Assembly: GCA_963841405.1 (NCBI GenBank)
Contig: CAWJCM010000006.1
Coordinates: 852 to 64,851 of the forward strand
From: an uncultured Actinomycetes bacterium
GTDB lineage: Bacteria > Actinomycetota > Thermoleophilia > Gaiellales > Gaiellaceae
DNA: 64,000 bases
Direction: 5' to 3'
Shown here: positions 29,005-38,280 of the stretch, piece after piece
How positions within the stretch are numbered: the stretch's first letter is position 1
Layout of the letters: every line of letters begins with the position of its first letter
The notes under the pieces: model-generated
What the model was told of the DNA's origin: nothing
Databases searched by the model: none
What the model saw: only the letters and a program-made list of their open reading frames with translations
Translations under genes and position numbers: made by a program

Positions 29005-30138
29005 CTAGCGCCCCGCGGCGCCGGGGCGCGCGCGGGCGAGCGCCTCGGCGAAGTACGCATTCTCGTCCGGCGTTCCGCACGAGACCCTGATCGCCGTCGG
29101 CGCGCCGAAGCCGTGGAGCGGCCGGACGATGACGCCTTCGGCGAGGAGCGCCTCGAAGAGCGGCCGCGTGTCGGTGCCGGTCTCGGCGTAGAGGAAGTTT
29201 CCGAACACCGGTCCGGCGGGCGGGAGGTCGGCCGACTCGAGGATTCCGCGGAGCTGGTCGCGCGACTCCGCGTTCAGCCGGCGGCGGCGGGCGATCTCGT
29301 CGACGTCGTCGAGGCTGGCGAGGGCCGCCTCCTGCGCGGCCGAGGAGACGTCGAACGCGCGCTTCACCTTGTTCGCGGCCGTGACCACGGCCGGCGGGGC
29401 GACCATGTAGCCGACCCGCAACCCGGCAAGGCCGTAGATCTTCGAGAACGTCCGCAGCACGGCGACGGGCCGGCCGGCCCGGTAGTACTCCTCGATCGCG
29501 TCCGGGTAGTCGGGGTCGTCGACGTATTCGCGGTACGCCTGGTCGATCACGACCAGCACGTGCCCCGGGACACGGTCGAGGAACACGTCCAGCTCCGCAC
29601 GCGTGTTCATCGTCCCGGTCGGGTTGTTCGGGTGGCAGACGAAGACGAGCCTCGTCTTCGGCGTGATCGCCTCGAGCATCGCGTCGAGGTCGTACCGGTC
29701 GTCCCGGAGGGGCACCTTGATCGCGACGGCGCCGAGCTTCGCGGCGTCGATCGGATAGGTGGCGAACGACGGCCAGCCGCAGACCATCTCGTCGCCCGGA
29801 TCGAGTGACGCCTGCGACAGCAGGTCGATCAGGCCGTCCGCGCCGGAGCCGACGGCGACCTCCTCGAAGGAGATCCGGTGCCGCTCCGCCAGTGCGGTCC
29901 GGAGACGCCAGGCGCCGCCGTCGGGATAGCGGTTGAGGTCGGCGACGGAGCGCCCGAGCGCCTCGACAGCCGCCGGGAAGGGCCCGAACGGCCCTTCGTT
30001 GGATGCCAGCTTGACGCACCGGGCGAGCCCGAGCTCCCGTTGCACCTCCTCGACCGGCTTGCCCGGCTCGTATGGGACGAGGCCCTGGACGGCCGGCCGG
30101 AAGAAGCTGTCGGCGATCTCGGCGACGGACGCAGCCAC
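29005..30138 (-). CDS. hisC: histidinol-phosphate aminotransferase (class I/II aminotransferase)
   Basis: The 377-aa ORF contains KLASNEGPFGP, NPNNPTG and RTFSKIYGLAGLRVGY. Confidence 0.85.
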   Translation of the reverse strand: MAASVAEIADSFFRPAVQGLVPYEPGKPVEEVQRELGLARCVKLASNEGPFGPFPAAVEALGRSVADLNRYPDGGAWRLRTALAERHRISFEEVAVGSGADGLIDLLSQASLDPGDEMVCGWPSFATYPIDAAKLGAVAIKVPLRDDRYDLDAMLEAITPKTRLVFVCHPNNPTGTMNTRAELDVFLDRVPGHVLVVIDQAYREYVDDPDYPDAIEEYYRAGRPVAVLRTFSKIYGLAGLRVGYMVAPPAVVTAANKVKRAFDVSSAAQEAALASLDDVDEIARRRRLNAESRDQLRGILESADLPPAGPVFGNFLYAETGTDTRPLFEALLAEGVIVRPLHGFGAPTAIRVSCGTPDENAYFAEALARARPGAAGR

Positions 30139-30170
30139 GCGCAGACTGTATCCGGGCTTAGTCTTCGGCC

Positions 30171-30791
30171 GTGCCCGAGATCGGCCTATTCCCGCTCGAG
30201 CTGGTGCTCCTGCCGAGCGAGCGCGTCCCGCTCCACATCTTCGAGGATCGGTACCGCGAGCTGGTCGGCGAGAGCCTTGCCGACGGGAGCGAGTTCGGCG
30301 TGATCCTCGAGGACGACGACGGGCTGCGGCAGGTCGGTACGAACACCGGCGTGATCGAACTGGTGCACACGTTCGACGACGGGCGGATGAACGTCCTGGT
30401 CGAGGGTCGGGGCCGCTTCCGGATCGTGGAGGAGACCGAAGGCCGTTCGTACCGGACGGCGGAGGTGGAGCCGCTCGAGGACGCAGCGGGCGAGGAGCCG
30501 AGCGACGAGGAGGCCGAGCGCACGCTCGAGGCGTTCCGGCGGCTGGCGGCGATCGCGGAGGCGGACGAGGTCGACGTCCCGAGCCCGGGCGGCGGAACGC
30601 CGCTCTCGTTCCAGCTCGCGGCGCGGGTCGACTTCGGCACCGTGCTCAAGCAGGAGCTGCTCGAGCTCCGCTCGGAGCGAGCCCGGCTCGACCGGCTCGT
30701 CGACCTCCTCGCCCAGGCGGCGGGAGCGCTCGCGCGCGAACGCGAGGTGCGCGAGCGCGCCGCGGGCAACGGCAAGGTCACACGCGACTAG
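30171..30791 (+). CDS. LON substrate-binding (Lon N-terminal) domain protein
   Basis: The 206-aa ORF contains LFPLELVLLPSERVPLHIFEDRYRELV. Its TAG stop lies inside the IS481 target duplication. Confidence 0.75.
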   Translation: MPEIGLFPLELVLLPSERVPLHIFEDRYRELVGESLADGSEFGVILEDDDGLRQVGTNTGVIELVHTFDDGRMNVLVEGRGRFRIVEETEGRSYRTAEVEPLEDAAGEEPSDEEAERTLEAFRRLAAIAEADEVDVPSPGGGTPLSFQLAARVDFGTVLKQELLELRSERARLDRLVDLLAQAAGALAREREVRERAAGNGKVTRD

Positions 30792-31762
30792 TTGTCCTGC
30801 CCACACAGGTTCCATACGCGGCTGATTGGTGGCCGGCCTCTGAGCGAGCTGTGCGGTCTGGCGGTGTTGTAGTGGTGCAGCCAGTGTGGCAGAGCGGCGG
30901 CGCGGTCTCGTGAGCTGCGGTAGCTGACGCCGTAGGCCCACTCGCGCGCCATTGTTTGGTGAAAGCGTTCGACTTTGCCGTTCGTGCGTGGCCGGTAGGG
31001 CTCGATCGTCAGGTGCTTGATCCCTTGCTCGCTGAGCAGGCTTCGGAACGCCCGGCTGCGCGTGTAGCACCAGGCGTTGTCCGTCATCAGCCGTTTGGCT
31101 TTGATTCCGTGCCGAGCGAAGAAGGCGAGCGCCCGCTCGGTGAAGGCGACGACGGTAACGGCGCGCTCGTCGGGCAACAGCTCGGCGTAGGCGAGCCGTG
31201 AGCGGTCGTCGACGACCGCGTGTGCGAAGTCGTAGCCGACCCGCGTCTCCACGCTTCGACCGCGCAAGGATTGGGAGCGATTTCCGGTGACGCGGTGGCC
31301 GGGCCGCTCGAAGCGCGCGTAGCTCGAGGAGTCCATGTGTAGCAGGTCGCCCGGGCAGGGCCACTCGTAGCGGTTGGCCGGTCCCCGCGGTCGCTTCTCC
31401 GGCCGCGAACAACCGTTGCGCTGCAACGTTTTCGAAACGGTCGAGTGCGGATGGCCGAGCTCACCCGCGAGCAAACGAGGGCCCCAGCCGGTGCGGCGGC
31501 GCTTCTCGCAGATCCGCTCCTGCTCGGCCAGCGGGAGCATCCGCGGGCAACGATGCGGACGGCTCGAGCGGTCGTGCAAACACGCCAGCGACTCACGCTC
31601 TGCCCGGCTCGCCACGCGCCACCTACGCGACCACTCACAAGCAGTCGCCGGCGAGACGCCATGGCGTCTCGCCGCTTCCCGAATCGAGCATCCAGCTTCA
31701 ATCGCGCGCACCAGCGCGAAACGTCCCGACAGTCCGAGCTTGGCGTTACGGTGCAGCTGCAT
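30788..31762 (-). CDS. IS481-family transposase (DDE, rve)
   Basis: The 324-aa ORF has an HTH N-terminus and an rve core (GDLLHMD...YTRSRAFRSLL...PYRPRTNGKVERFH). Its stop codon TAG is supplied by the flanking target repeat. Confidence 0.9.
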   Translation of the reverse strand: MQLHRNAKLGLSGRFALVRAIEAGCSIREAARRHGVSPATACEWSRRWRVASRAERESLACLHDRSSRPHRCPRMLPLAEQERICEKRRRTGWGPRLLAGELGHPHSTVSKTLQRNGCSRPEKRPRGPANRYEWPCPGDLLHMDSSSYARFERPGHRVTGNRSQSLRGRSVETRVGYDFAHAVVDDRSRLAYAELLPDERAVTVVAFTERALAFFARHGIKAKRLMTDNAWCYTRSRAFRSLLSEQGIKHLTIEPYRPRTNGKVERFHQTMAREWAYGVSYRSSRDRAAALPHWLHHYNTARPHSSLRGRPPISRVWNLCGQDN

Positions 31763-31856
31763 CCGGGCCCTCCTTTGGCCGACGTCCTCGCAGACGCACA
31801 GCCTCAGGAAGGGCCCGGACGACTCTCAGCCGTTCACAACGTGTGTGGGCACGTCA
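30793..31856 (-). mobile_element. IS481-family insertion sequence, complete (1064 bp)
   Basis: The terminal inverted repeats are TGTCCTGCCCACACAGGTT and TGACGTGCCCACACACGTT (16/19 match). Direct repeats ACTAGT lie at 30787-30792 and 31857-31862. Confidence 0.9.
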
Positions 31857-31861
31857 ACTAG

Positions 31862-32371
31862 TCAGCGCGGTGTCTCGTACGCCATCAGGATCGCGTCCAC
31901 GTAGCCGCTGCCGCGCCGGTAGTGCTGCTTGCGGTAGCCCTCGCGGACGAAGCCGAAGCGCTCGTACAGCCGGATCGCGGGCTCGTTGTGCGGGAAGACG
32001 TGAAGCTCCAGCTTGCGGACGCCGGTCGCGTCCGCCCAGGCGACCGCCTGCTCGAGCAGGGCCGTCCCGACCCCCTGCCGCCGGGTGGAGCCCGCTACCA
32101 TCAGCCCCAGGTCGGCGACGTGGCGGCTCGCGGGATGGGGGTCGCGCGAGATCGAGAGACGGCCGACGATCTCCCCGTCGCGCTCGGCGAGGAACACGGC
32201 GGCGTCCGGGTGGTTTCGAACGGCCTTCAGGTAGCGGCGCTCGTCGGACACCGAGCGCCAGCGGCTCTCGGAGATCAGCCAGCCCTCCGGCTCCGACCCG
32301 ACCGCCTCGGCGAGAGCGACGAGCGCCGCTGCGTCGCCCGGCCGCGCCGGTCGTACGAGGGCGGGGCTCAT
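31862..32371 (-). CDS. GNAT family N-acetyltransferase
   Basis: The 169-aa ORF contains RRQGVGTALLEQAVAWA and NEPAIRLYERFGF. There is an ATGA overlap with the ggt stop. Confidence 0.8.
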   Translation of the reverse strand: MSPALVRPARPGDAAALVALAEAVGSEPEGWLISESRWRSVSDERRYLKAVRNHPDAAVFLAERDGEIVGRLSISRDPHPASRHVADLGLMVAGSTRRQGVGTALLEQAVAWADATGVRKLELHVFPHNEPAIRLYERFGFVREGYRKQHYRRGSGYVDAILMAYETPR

Positions 32372-33927
32372 CCGACGACGATCCCGTGACCGCCGCGGCG
32401 CGGATCGCCCGCCGCGGCGAGCCTGCCCCCCGCGCCGACCTCGACCGCGGCCACCCCGCCGAAGTAGAGGTTGCGCCGGCGCCAGCGGACGACGTCGTAG
32501 CCCCGTGCCTCCAGCGCGTCGAGGGCGGCAGGGTCGCTTCCCCCCTCGCAGTGGAGGTGCGGCTCCTCGACGTGGACGCGCGGCGCGTCGATCGCCTCCT
32601 CCACGCCGAGCCCGTGGTCGACCACGTTCACCACCGTCTGCAGGATCGCCCCTCGCAGCCGGACCGAGCCCGCGCTGCCGACAACCAGGCGGGGCCGGCC
32701 CCGGCGCAGCACGATCGACGGCGCCATCATGCTCGTCAGCCGCGTTCCCGGCCGCGCGGCGCCGCCCGACGGGTTCAGGTCGTACTCGCCGAGCATGTTG
32801 TTCAGGTGGATCCCCGTTCCGGGGACGATCACGCCCGAGCCGGAGCCCGTGGAGGCGGTCAGCGAGGCGGCGTTCCCGCGCGCGTCGACGACCGAGATAT
32901 GGGTCGTCCCGCGGTCGGCGGTCTCGGAGGCGCCTGCGAGGCCTGCCCGGATCCGCCCGAGCGCCTCGCGGACGTTCTCGGCCGACCCGAGCCGGCGCGC
33001 GAGACCTCCCCGGTACAGGTCGCGCGCAAAGCTGCCCGTGCGAGCACGACCCTGCTCGCGCATCACGTCCGCGAGGCGCGCGATTGCGTCGGCGCTTCCG
33101 GTCGGTGCGCCGGGCCCGAGCGCGTCGTGGAGCTGGAGCCCGTAGCCGACGAGGACGCCGCCCGAGGATGGAGGCGGGTTGGAGACGAACTCGTCGCCGC
33201 GGAACCGCACCCGGACCGGCCGCCGGCGGACGACGCGGTAGGCGGCCAGATCGGCCCCCGTGACCGCTCCCCCCTGCTCGCGCAGGTGCGCGACGACCCT
33301 CCGCGCGATCGGTCCCGTGTAGATCGCCGCGGCGCCCTTACGCGCGAGCTCCTCGAGTGTGCCCCCGAGGTCGCCGAGCACGAGCCGGTCGCCGGCGACA
33401 AGACGCGAGCGCCGGCCGTAGATCCGCCTGCCCTCACGCGTGTGGCGCAGGATCAGATCGAGGATCGCGTGCAGGTACGCCTGCGGCCGCGTCAGCTCGA
33501 CGCCGCCGCGCGCGAGCTCCAGCGCCGGCTCGACCAGGCGGGGCCACGGCAGCGAGCCGTACGAACGGTGTGCGGCCTCGAGCCCGGCTGCGGCGCCCGG
33601 CACCGCACACGACGCTGCGCCGATCCGAAAGATCTGGCTGGTGTCCCCGTCGAAGTCGATGTCGACCGCCTCCATGTCGGCCGCCCGCGGCGGGGACGCG
33701 CCGAGACCGGGAACGGCGACGAAGAAGTCCAGCAGACGGTCGGTCCGGTCACGTGCCAGGTGGACGAGCATGAACCCTCCGGCGCCGGGGCCGGTGAGCG
33801 GGCTCTCGGCGACCCACGAGGCGAACGCGGCGGCGACGCAGGCATCGACCGCGTTGCCGCCGTCGGCAAGGATGCGGGCCCCGGCCTCGGCCGTCAGCAG
33901 GTGCCCGGCGGCGATCGCTCCCTTCAC
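32368..33927 (-). CDS. ggt: gamma-glutamyltransferase
   Basis: The 519-aa ORF contains GGNAVDA and the autoprocessing site region GTTHISVVDARGNAASLT, plus GSGGS-like SSGG. Confidence 0.85.
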   Translation of the reverse strand: MKGAIAAGHLLTAEAGARILADGGNAVDACVAAAFASWVAESPLTGPGAGGFMLVHLARDRTDRLLDFFVAVPGLGASPPRAADMEAVDIDFDGDTSQIFRIGAASCAVPGAAAGLEAAHRSYGSLPWPRLVEPALELARGGVELTRPQAYLHAILDLILRHTREGRRIYGRRSRLVAGDRLVLGDLGGTLEELARKGAAAIYTGPIARRVVAHLREQGGAVTGADLAAYRVVRRRPVRVRFRGDEFVSNPPPSSGGVLVGYGLQLHDALGPGAPTGSADAIARLADVMREQGRARTGSFARDLYRGGLARRLGSAENVREALGRIRAGLAGASETADRGTTHISVVDARGNAASLTASTGSGSGVIVPGTGIHLNNMLGEYDLNPSGGAARPGTRLTSMMAPSIVLRRGRPRLVVGSAGSVRLRGAILQTVVNVVDHGLGVEEAIDAPRVHVEEPHLHCEGGSDPAALDALEARGYDVVRWRRRNLYFGGVAAVEVGAGGRLAAAGDPRRGGHGIVVG

Positions 33928-33962
33928 GCCGCCAGCCTAGAACGAGGCCTTCGGAGCTGCGT

Positions 33963-34379
33963 TCAGATCAGCTCGACGAGCCGGAAGCGTTCGCAGACCA
34001 CCGACGTGTCGTCGTCGACCGCCACCACGCCGACCTCCTCGCGGTAGGGAGCCGAGCTCCAGAACCACTCGTGTGCCGCCCGCCAGTCGGCGACCGTGCG
34101 GAAGCCTTCGCCCTCGTCGATTGCGAACTGGACGTCGACGTCGCCGGCGCGAACCACCCGCACCTCGGTCGTCTCGATCACCGCGACCGGCCGCTCGTCC
34201 GAGTCGATGACAACACTCCGGGCGCCTACCTCGGGCAGCGGGTCGGGGCCGTCCGGCACGTACTCCTGTCGGAGCGACGAGGTTGCCGTTTTCTCGCCGC
34301 GCAGCACTGCGGCGACCAGCTTGTCCCGGAGCGCGCCCGGAAACCCGAACTGGCAGATCGCCGTGCCGTCCAGCATCAC
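33963..34379 (-). CDS. ASCH domain protein
   Basis: The 138-aa ORF contains LVAAVLRGEKTATSSL...V.VV...V.DV...FA..EGEGF, the ASCH pattern. Confidence 0.65.
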   Translation of the reverse strand: MMLDGTAICQFGFPGALRDKLVAAVLRGEKTATSSLRQEYVPDGPDPLPEVGARSVVIDSDERPVAVIETTEVRVVRAGDVDVQFAIDEGEGFRTVADWRAAHEWFWSSAPYREEVGVVAVDDDTSVVCERFRLVELI

Positions 34380-34482
34380 GCTCGCACCCTACTACGAGAG
34401 TCCAAGAGCTCTACCGATGCACTGGCCGCCGTGCCCGACATATGCGGGCACGGCTCGCAGGCTCGGCGATCCACGGTCGTCA

Positions 34483-34527
34483 GATGAAATCGTCATGCCA
34501 CCGGCGAAGCCGGTGGCGGATTTCATC
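34483..34527 (-). terminator. nested hairpin overlapping the ftsZ stop codon
   Basis: The outer stem GATGAAATC/GATTTCATC (9 bp) encloses GCCACCGGC-gaa-GCCGGTGGC (9 bp). Confidence 0.55.
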
Positions 34528-35872
34528 CGGTCAAGAAGCTGGGCGGTTCGAGGGCCTCGCCCTCGGCCGCGGCCGTGGTGTCGCGCGGATGGACGGCGAA
34601 CGGCCGCTGCGCCCGCCGCTGGCCGCCGAGCCCGGTGGCGACCACGGTCACCCAGACCTGGCCGTTCAGGCGTTCGTCGATGGTCGCGCCGAAGATCAGG
34701 TTCGTGTCGTCGACGGCGCCCTGGCGGACGACCTCGGCCGCCTCGTTCACCTCGAACAGCGACAAATCCTCTCCGCCGGCGATCGAAAGCAGGATCCCGC
34801 GCGCGCCGCCGAGCTCCGTGTCTATCAACGGCGAGCGCAGCGCCCGCTCGGCGGCCTCGCGAGCGCGGTTCTCACCGGTCGAGAAGCCGATCCCCATCAG
34901 GGCGTTCCCGCCGTCCTGCATGACGGTGCGCACGTCGGCGAAGTCGAGGTTGATCAGGCCCGGCTGCGTGATCAGATCGGTGATCCCCTGAACGCCCTGG
35001 CGGAGAACGTCGTCCGCGATCCGGAAGGCATCGAGCATCGCCGTGTTCTTCTCGAGCACCTCGAGCAGGCGGTCGTTGGGGATGACGATCACGGTGTCGC
35101 AGGCGCTGCGGAGCGCCTCGACGCCCGCCTCGGCCGCCGACTTGCGGCGCGTCCCTTCGAACCGGAACGGCGTGGTGACGATGCCGACGGCGAGGGCACC
35201 GAGCTCGCGGGCGATCCTGGCGACGACCGGCGCCGCGCCCGAGCCGGTCCCCCCGCCCTCGCCCGCGGCGACGAACACCATGTCGGAGCCGCGGAGGGAC
35301 CGTTTGATCTGGTCATACGCCTCCTCGGCCGCAGCGCGACCGATGTCCGGGTCGGCGCCCGAGCCGAGGCCTTGGGTCAGCTCGCGTCCGATGTGGATCT
35401 TCAGCGGCGCGTCGTTCATCTGCAGCTGCTGGATGTCGGTGTTAACCGCGACGAACTCGACGCCCGTGATTCCGGCGTCGATCATCCGGTCGATCGCGTT
35501 CAGGCCCGCACCGCCGACGCCGACGACGCGGATCACGGCGAGGTAGGCGGAGTCGGCGCGCGGCGCCTGCCAGAGCCGCGGCGGCTGCTCGGGCAGCGGG
35601 TCGACCAGGCGGGCCGCGGGGCGCGCCTCCTCCCGCGGAGCCGGCTCGGTCTCCGACTCCGGAGCGCGTACCGGAGCCCCTGCTGCCTCCGCAGCGGCTT
35701 CCACGACTCGGTCCGACCTGTGCTCCGGCTCGGGCTCCCGAGTCGAGAGCTCGGGAGACGGAGCTACTTCGGCCGGCTCGGTCTGTGCCTCGGCCTGGCG
35801 CTGGGCGGCCTCCGTCGCGCGGAAGAGCTCCGCGAGCGGGCCCTCACGCATGCTTGCGCGCTTGCGCGCCAT
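34523..35872 (-). CDS. ftsZ: cell division GTPase FtsZ with an N-terminal extension of about 105 aa
   Basis: The 449-aa ORF contains [22 protein letters not shown], the tubulin signature [13 protein letters not shown] and a C-terminal peptide LEPPSFL. Residues 1-105 are Ala/Glu/Pro-rich and low complexity. Confidence 0.9.
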   Translation of the reverse strand: MARKRASMREGPLAELFRATEAAQRQAEAQTEPAEVAPSPELSTREPEPEHRSDRVVEAAAEAAGAPVRAPESETEPAPREEARPAARLVDPLPEQPPRLWQAPRADSAYLAVIRVVGVGGAGLNAIDRMIDAGITGVEFVAVNTDIQQLQMNDAPLKIHIGRELTQGLGSGADPDIGRAAAEEAYDQIKRSLRGSDMVFVAAGEGGGTGSGAAPVVARIARELGALAVGIVTTPFRFEGTRRKSAAEAGVEALRSACDTVIVIPNDRLLEVLEKNTAMLDAFRIADDVLRQGVQGITDLITQPGLINLDFADVRTVMQDGGNALMGIGFSTGENRAREAAERALRSPLIDTELGGARGILLSIAGGEDLSLFEVNEAAEVVRQGAVDDTNLIFGATIDERLNGQVWVTVVATGLGGQRRAQRPFAVHPRDTTAAAEGEALEPPSFLTG

Positions 35873-36677
35873 TGAGCACCTCCTTCGCCAGGTCGCGGTA
35901 GGCCTGCGCAGCGGAGCCGGTGGGGTCGTACTTGAGCACCGACGTCCCCTTCACGGGCGCCTCGGCGTAGCGGATCGTCTTGCGAATTCGAGTCTTGAAC
36001 ACGAGGTCGCCGAAGTTCTCCTCGAGGATCTCGAGCGCCTCACGCGAGTGCAGCGTCCGGCTGTCGTACATCGTGGCCAGGATCCCCTCGATCCCGACGG
36101 CCGGGTTCAGGTTCTCGCGGATCATGCTCAGCGTGTTCTCCAGCTGCACGAGGCCGCGCAGAGACAGATACTCGCACTGGACCGGGACGATCACCCCGTT
36201 CGAGGCGACGAGCGCGTTGATCGTCAGCAGACCGAGCGACGGCGGCGTGTCGATGATGACGAAGTCGTACCGGTCGATCACCGGCGCGAGCGCCTTCTCC
36301 AGGGAACGCTCACGGCCGATCATCGCGGAGAGCGCCAGCTCGGCGCCGGCCAGGTCGATCGAGGCGACCGCGAGGTCGATCTCGCCGTGGTGGATGATCT
36401 GGTCGATCGGGAGCCGGTGGACGAGCACGTCGTACATCGAGCGCTCGATCGTGTCCGGGTTCAGGCCCTGGCTCATGGTCAGGTTGCCCTGCGGGTCGAG
36501 GTCGACCGCGAGCACGTTGCTTCCCTCCTCGGCGAACGCGACGGCGAGGTTCAGCGTCGAGGTCGTCTTCGCCACTCCGCCCTTCTGGTTGGCGAGTGCG
36601 ATGACCCTTCCCACGGTTGCTCCTTTAGAGGTGGACGCCCGAACCTGCGGGCGCGCGATGTCCTGTAGGGCCGACAT
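35844..36677 (-). CDS. orphan ParA/Soj-family ATPase
   Basis: The 277-aa ORF has the deviant Walker [11 protein letters not shown], plus DLDPQGN and IDTPPSLG. No parB follows. Its stop overlaps the ftsZ start by 29 nt. Confidence 0.88.
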   Translation of the reverse strand: MSALQDIARPQVRASTSKGATVGRVIALANQKGGVAKTTSTLNLAVAFAEEGSNVLAVDLDPQGNLTMSQGLNPDTIERSMYDVLVHRLPIDQIIHHGEIDLAVASIDLAGAELALSAMIGRERSLEKALAPVIDRYDFVIIDTPPSLGLLTINALVASNGVIVPVQCEYLSLRGLVQLENTLSMIRENLNPAVGIEGILATMYDSRTLHSREALEILEENFGDLVFKTRIRKTIRYAEAPVKGTSVLKYDPTGSAAQAYRDLAKEVLNGAQARKHA

Positions 36678-36698
36678 GGTGCCGGGCCGTCTTTCGGC

Positions 36699-36938
36699 TC
36701 AGGCTAGCAGAGTCCTGCCGGAGATCCGCTCTGCGGTTTCCGGTGGCCGGAGCAGCTCCCGGCAGCGGTCCACCGCGTCGGTCGCCCCGCCCGGGACGGG
36801 GTGCTCCACCCGCGCCCAGGCCTCCGCCTCGGACAGCAGTGACCGCAGCTCGGCGAGCAAATCGGCCGGCGCGGCGTGCGCACGGTCGAGCGCCTCGATC
36901 CGCTCCAGCCGCGCCAGCAGGCGCCTCGCCTCGTCCAT
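36699..36938 (-). CDS. hypothetical small helical protein
   Basis: The 79-aa ORF lies 21 nt upstream of parA on the same strand. Its composition is coding-like. No recognisable domain. Confidence 0.4.
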   Translation of the reverse strand: MDEARRLLARLERIEALDRAHAAPADLLAELRSLLSEAEAWARVEHPVPGGATDAVDRCRELLRPPETAERISGRTLLA

Positions 36939-36995
36939 GCCGCGACCGTAGCCGGGCAGGACGCGCCGGTTCGTGGCAGGTGCGTGCCGACTTCG

Positions 36996-38174
36996 TCACG
37001 CGGCACTCGCCCGGGCGGCGAAGAAGCCCGCCGGACGCGCGCGCAGCCCGAGCAGCGCCTCGTCGAGCGACTCGAGCAGCCGGGGCCGGTCGTCGGCAAG
37101 CATGGTCTCGACGAAGATCCGGCGCATGGTGTCCGCAGTTTCGGCGTCGGCGCCTGCCCCTCGTGCCAGACCGAGCAGGCCGTCCACCCGAGCCCGTGCC
37201 GTGGGGTCGGTGACCTCGCCGATCAGCACCGCCGCGCGCATCGCAGCCGCCCAGAGCCCGTCGGCGCCGCCGAGGAGGGCGGCGAGCGCTTCGCGGAGAC
37301 GCTCCGAACGGAGCGGCTCGGCCTCGAACAGCGACAGCTCCCAGCGTTCGAGCGCCTCGCCGAGGTCGCCGTCCTGCTCGGATGCTGGAAGCCTGGCGAG
37401 CACGTCGGCGGCGAGCTTCCCGCGCCATAGATCGAGCCGCGACGGCTCCCCACCCGGCCGGGTGGCAGCGATCCCGAGCAGTGGCCTCGGCTCGAGCGGG
37501 TGGCGGTCGACCCGCTCGACGACGAGCGGCCCGGCGGCAACGGCTGCGCCCGTGGCCAGACGGAGCGCCGTGACCGCGTCGGCGAGCTCTCCGGGAGCGT
37601 CGGGCAGCGTCAGCTCGCCCGCAGGGAGATCGCGCTCGAACGCGAGAGAGCCGTTCTCGTCGGGCTCCGCGCCATCGACGCGCTCGACGCGGATGCCGCG
37701 CGCCAGCTCGATCGTACCGCCGACCGAGAGGCCCAGGAGCGGCACTGCGGCGGCGTATCGCCTGCCTGCTCCGAAAAGCGACCGTTCGAGCTCGCCGTAG
37801 ACCCGGTTGAACCCCCCGTCCTCCCAGTCGAAGCCCCCGCAGGCCTCGGCGGTCGAGACGAGCAGCGGCAGCAGGATCGCACGAAACAGTGTCCGGCCCG
37901 CGGCCGGCCCGTCGGCGGCGCCGCGCGCGAAGACGGCGGCCGCGGGCTGGCGCCGCAGCTCGTCGAGCGCGATCCGGGCATCCGGGAGCTGCGAAAGGAC
38001 GTGCACTCGCTCCTCGAGATAGTCGCGCAGGAGCGGCCGGTACTCGTAGAGGCCGCCGCGCTCGTCGACCACGAACGGGATCTCGCCTTGCTCCGCGTCG
38101 GGGGCGATCCGCGCGAAGGCCGCGAGACAGAACGCCCGAAGGGCCCCGTAGAGATGGGGAGCGGCGGCCGTCAT
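36996..38174 (-). CDS. hypothetical protein (392 aa), first gene of the parA-ftsZ module
   Basis: The long ORF has balanced, non-junk composition (YEYRPLLRDYLEERVHVLSQL..., WEDGGFNRVYGELERSLFG...). I do not recognise any domain. Confidence 0.6.
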   Translation of the reverse strand: MTAAAPHLYGALRAFCLAAFARIAPDAEQGEIPFVVDERGGLYEYRPLLRDYLEERVHVLSQLPDARIALDELRRQPAAAVFARGAADGPAAGRTLFRAILLPLLVSTAEACGGFDWEDGGFNRVYGELERSLFGAGRRYAAAVPLLGLSVGGTIELARGIRVERVDGAEPDENGSLAFERDLPAGELTLPDAPGELADAVTALRLATGAAVAAGPLVVERVDRHPLEPRPLLGIAATRPGGEPSRLDLWRGKLAADVLARLPASEQDGDLGEALERWELSLFEAEPLRSERLREALAALLGGADGLWAAAMRAAVLIGEVTDPTARARVDGLLGLARGAGADAETADTMRRIFVETMLADDRPRLLESLDEALLGLRARPAGFFAARASAA

Positions 38175-38280
38175 CCCGATCGTGTTCTCCCGCCGGTCTC
38201 GATCACCTTCGCCGGGACCGGCTCCGGGCGGTCACGACGGGTACCTGCCGAGGCGTCTGATCCGGTTACGGCACCCGGGA

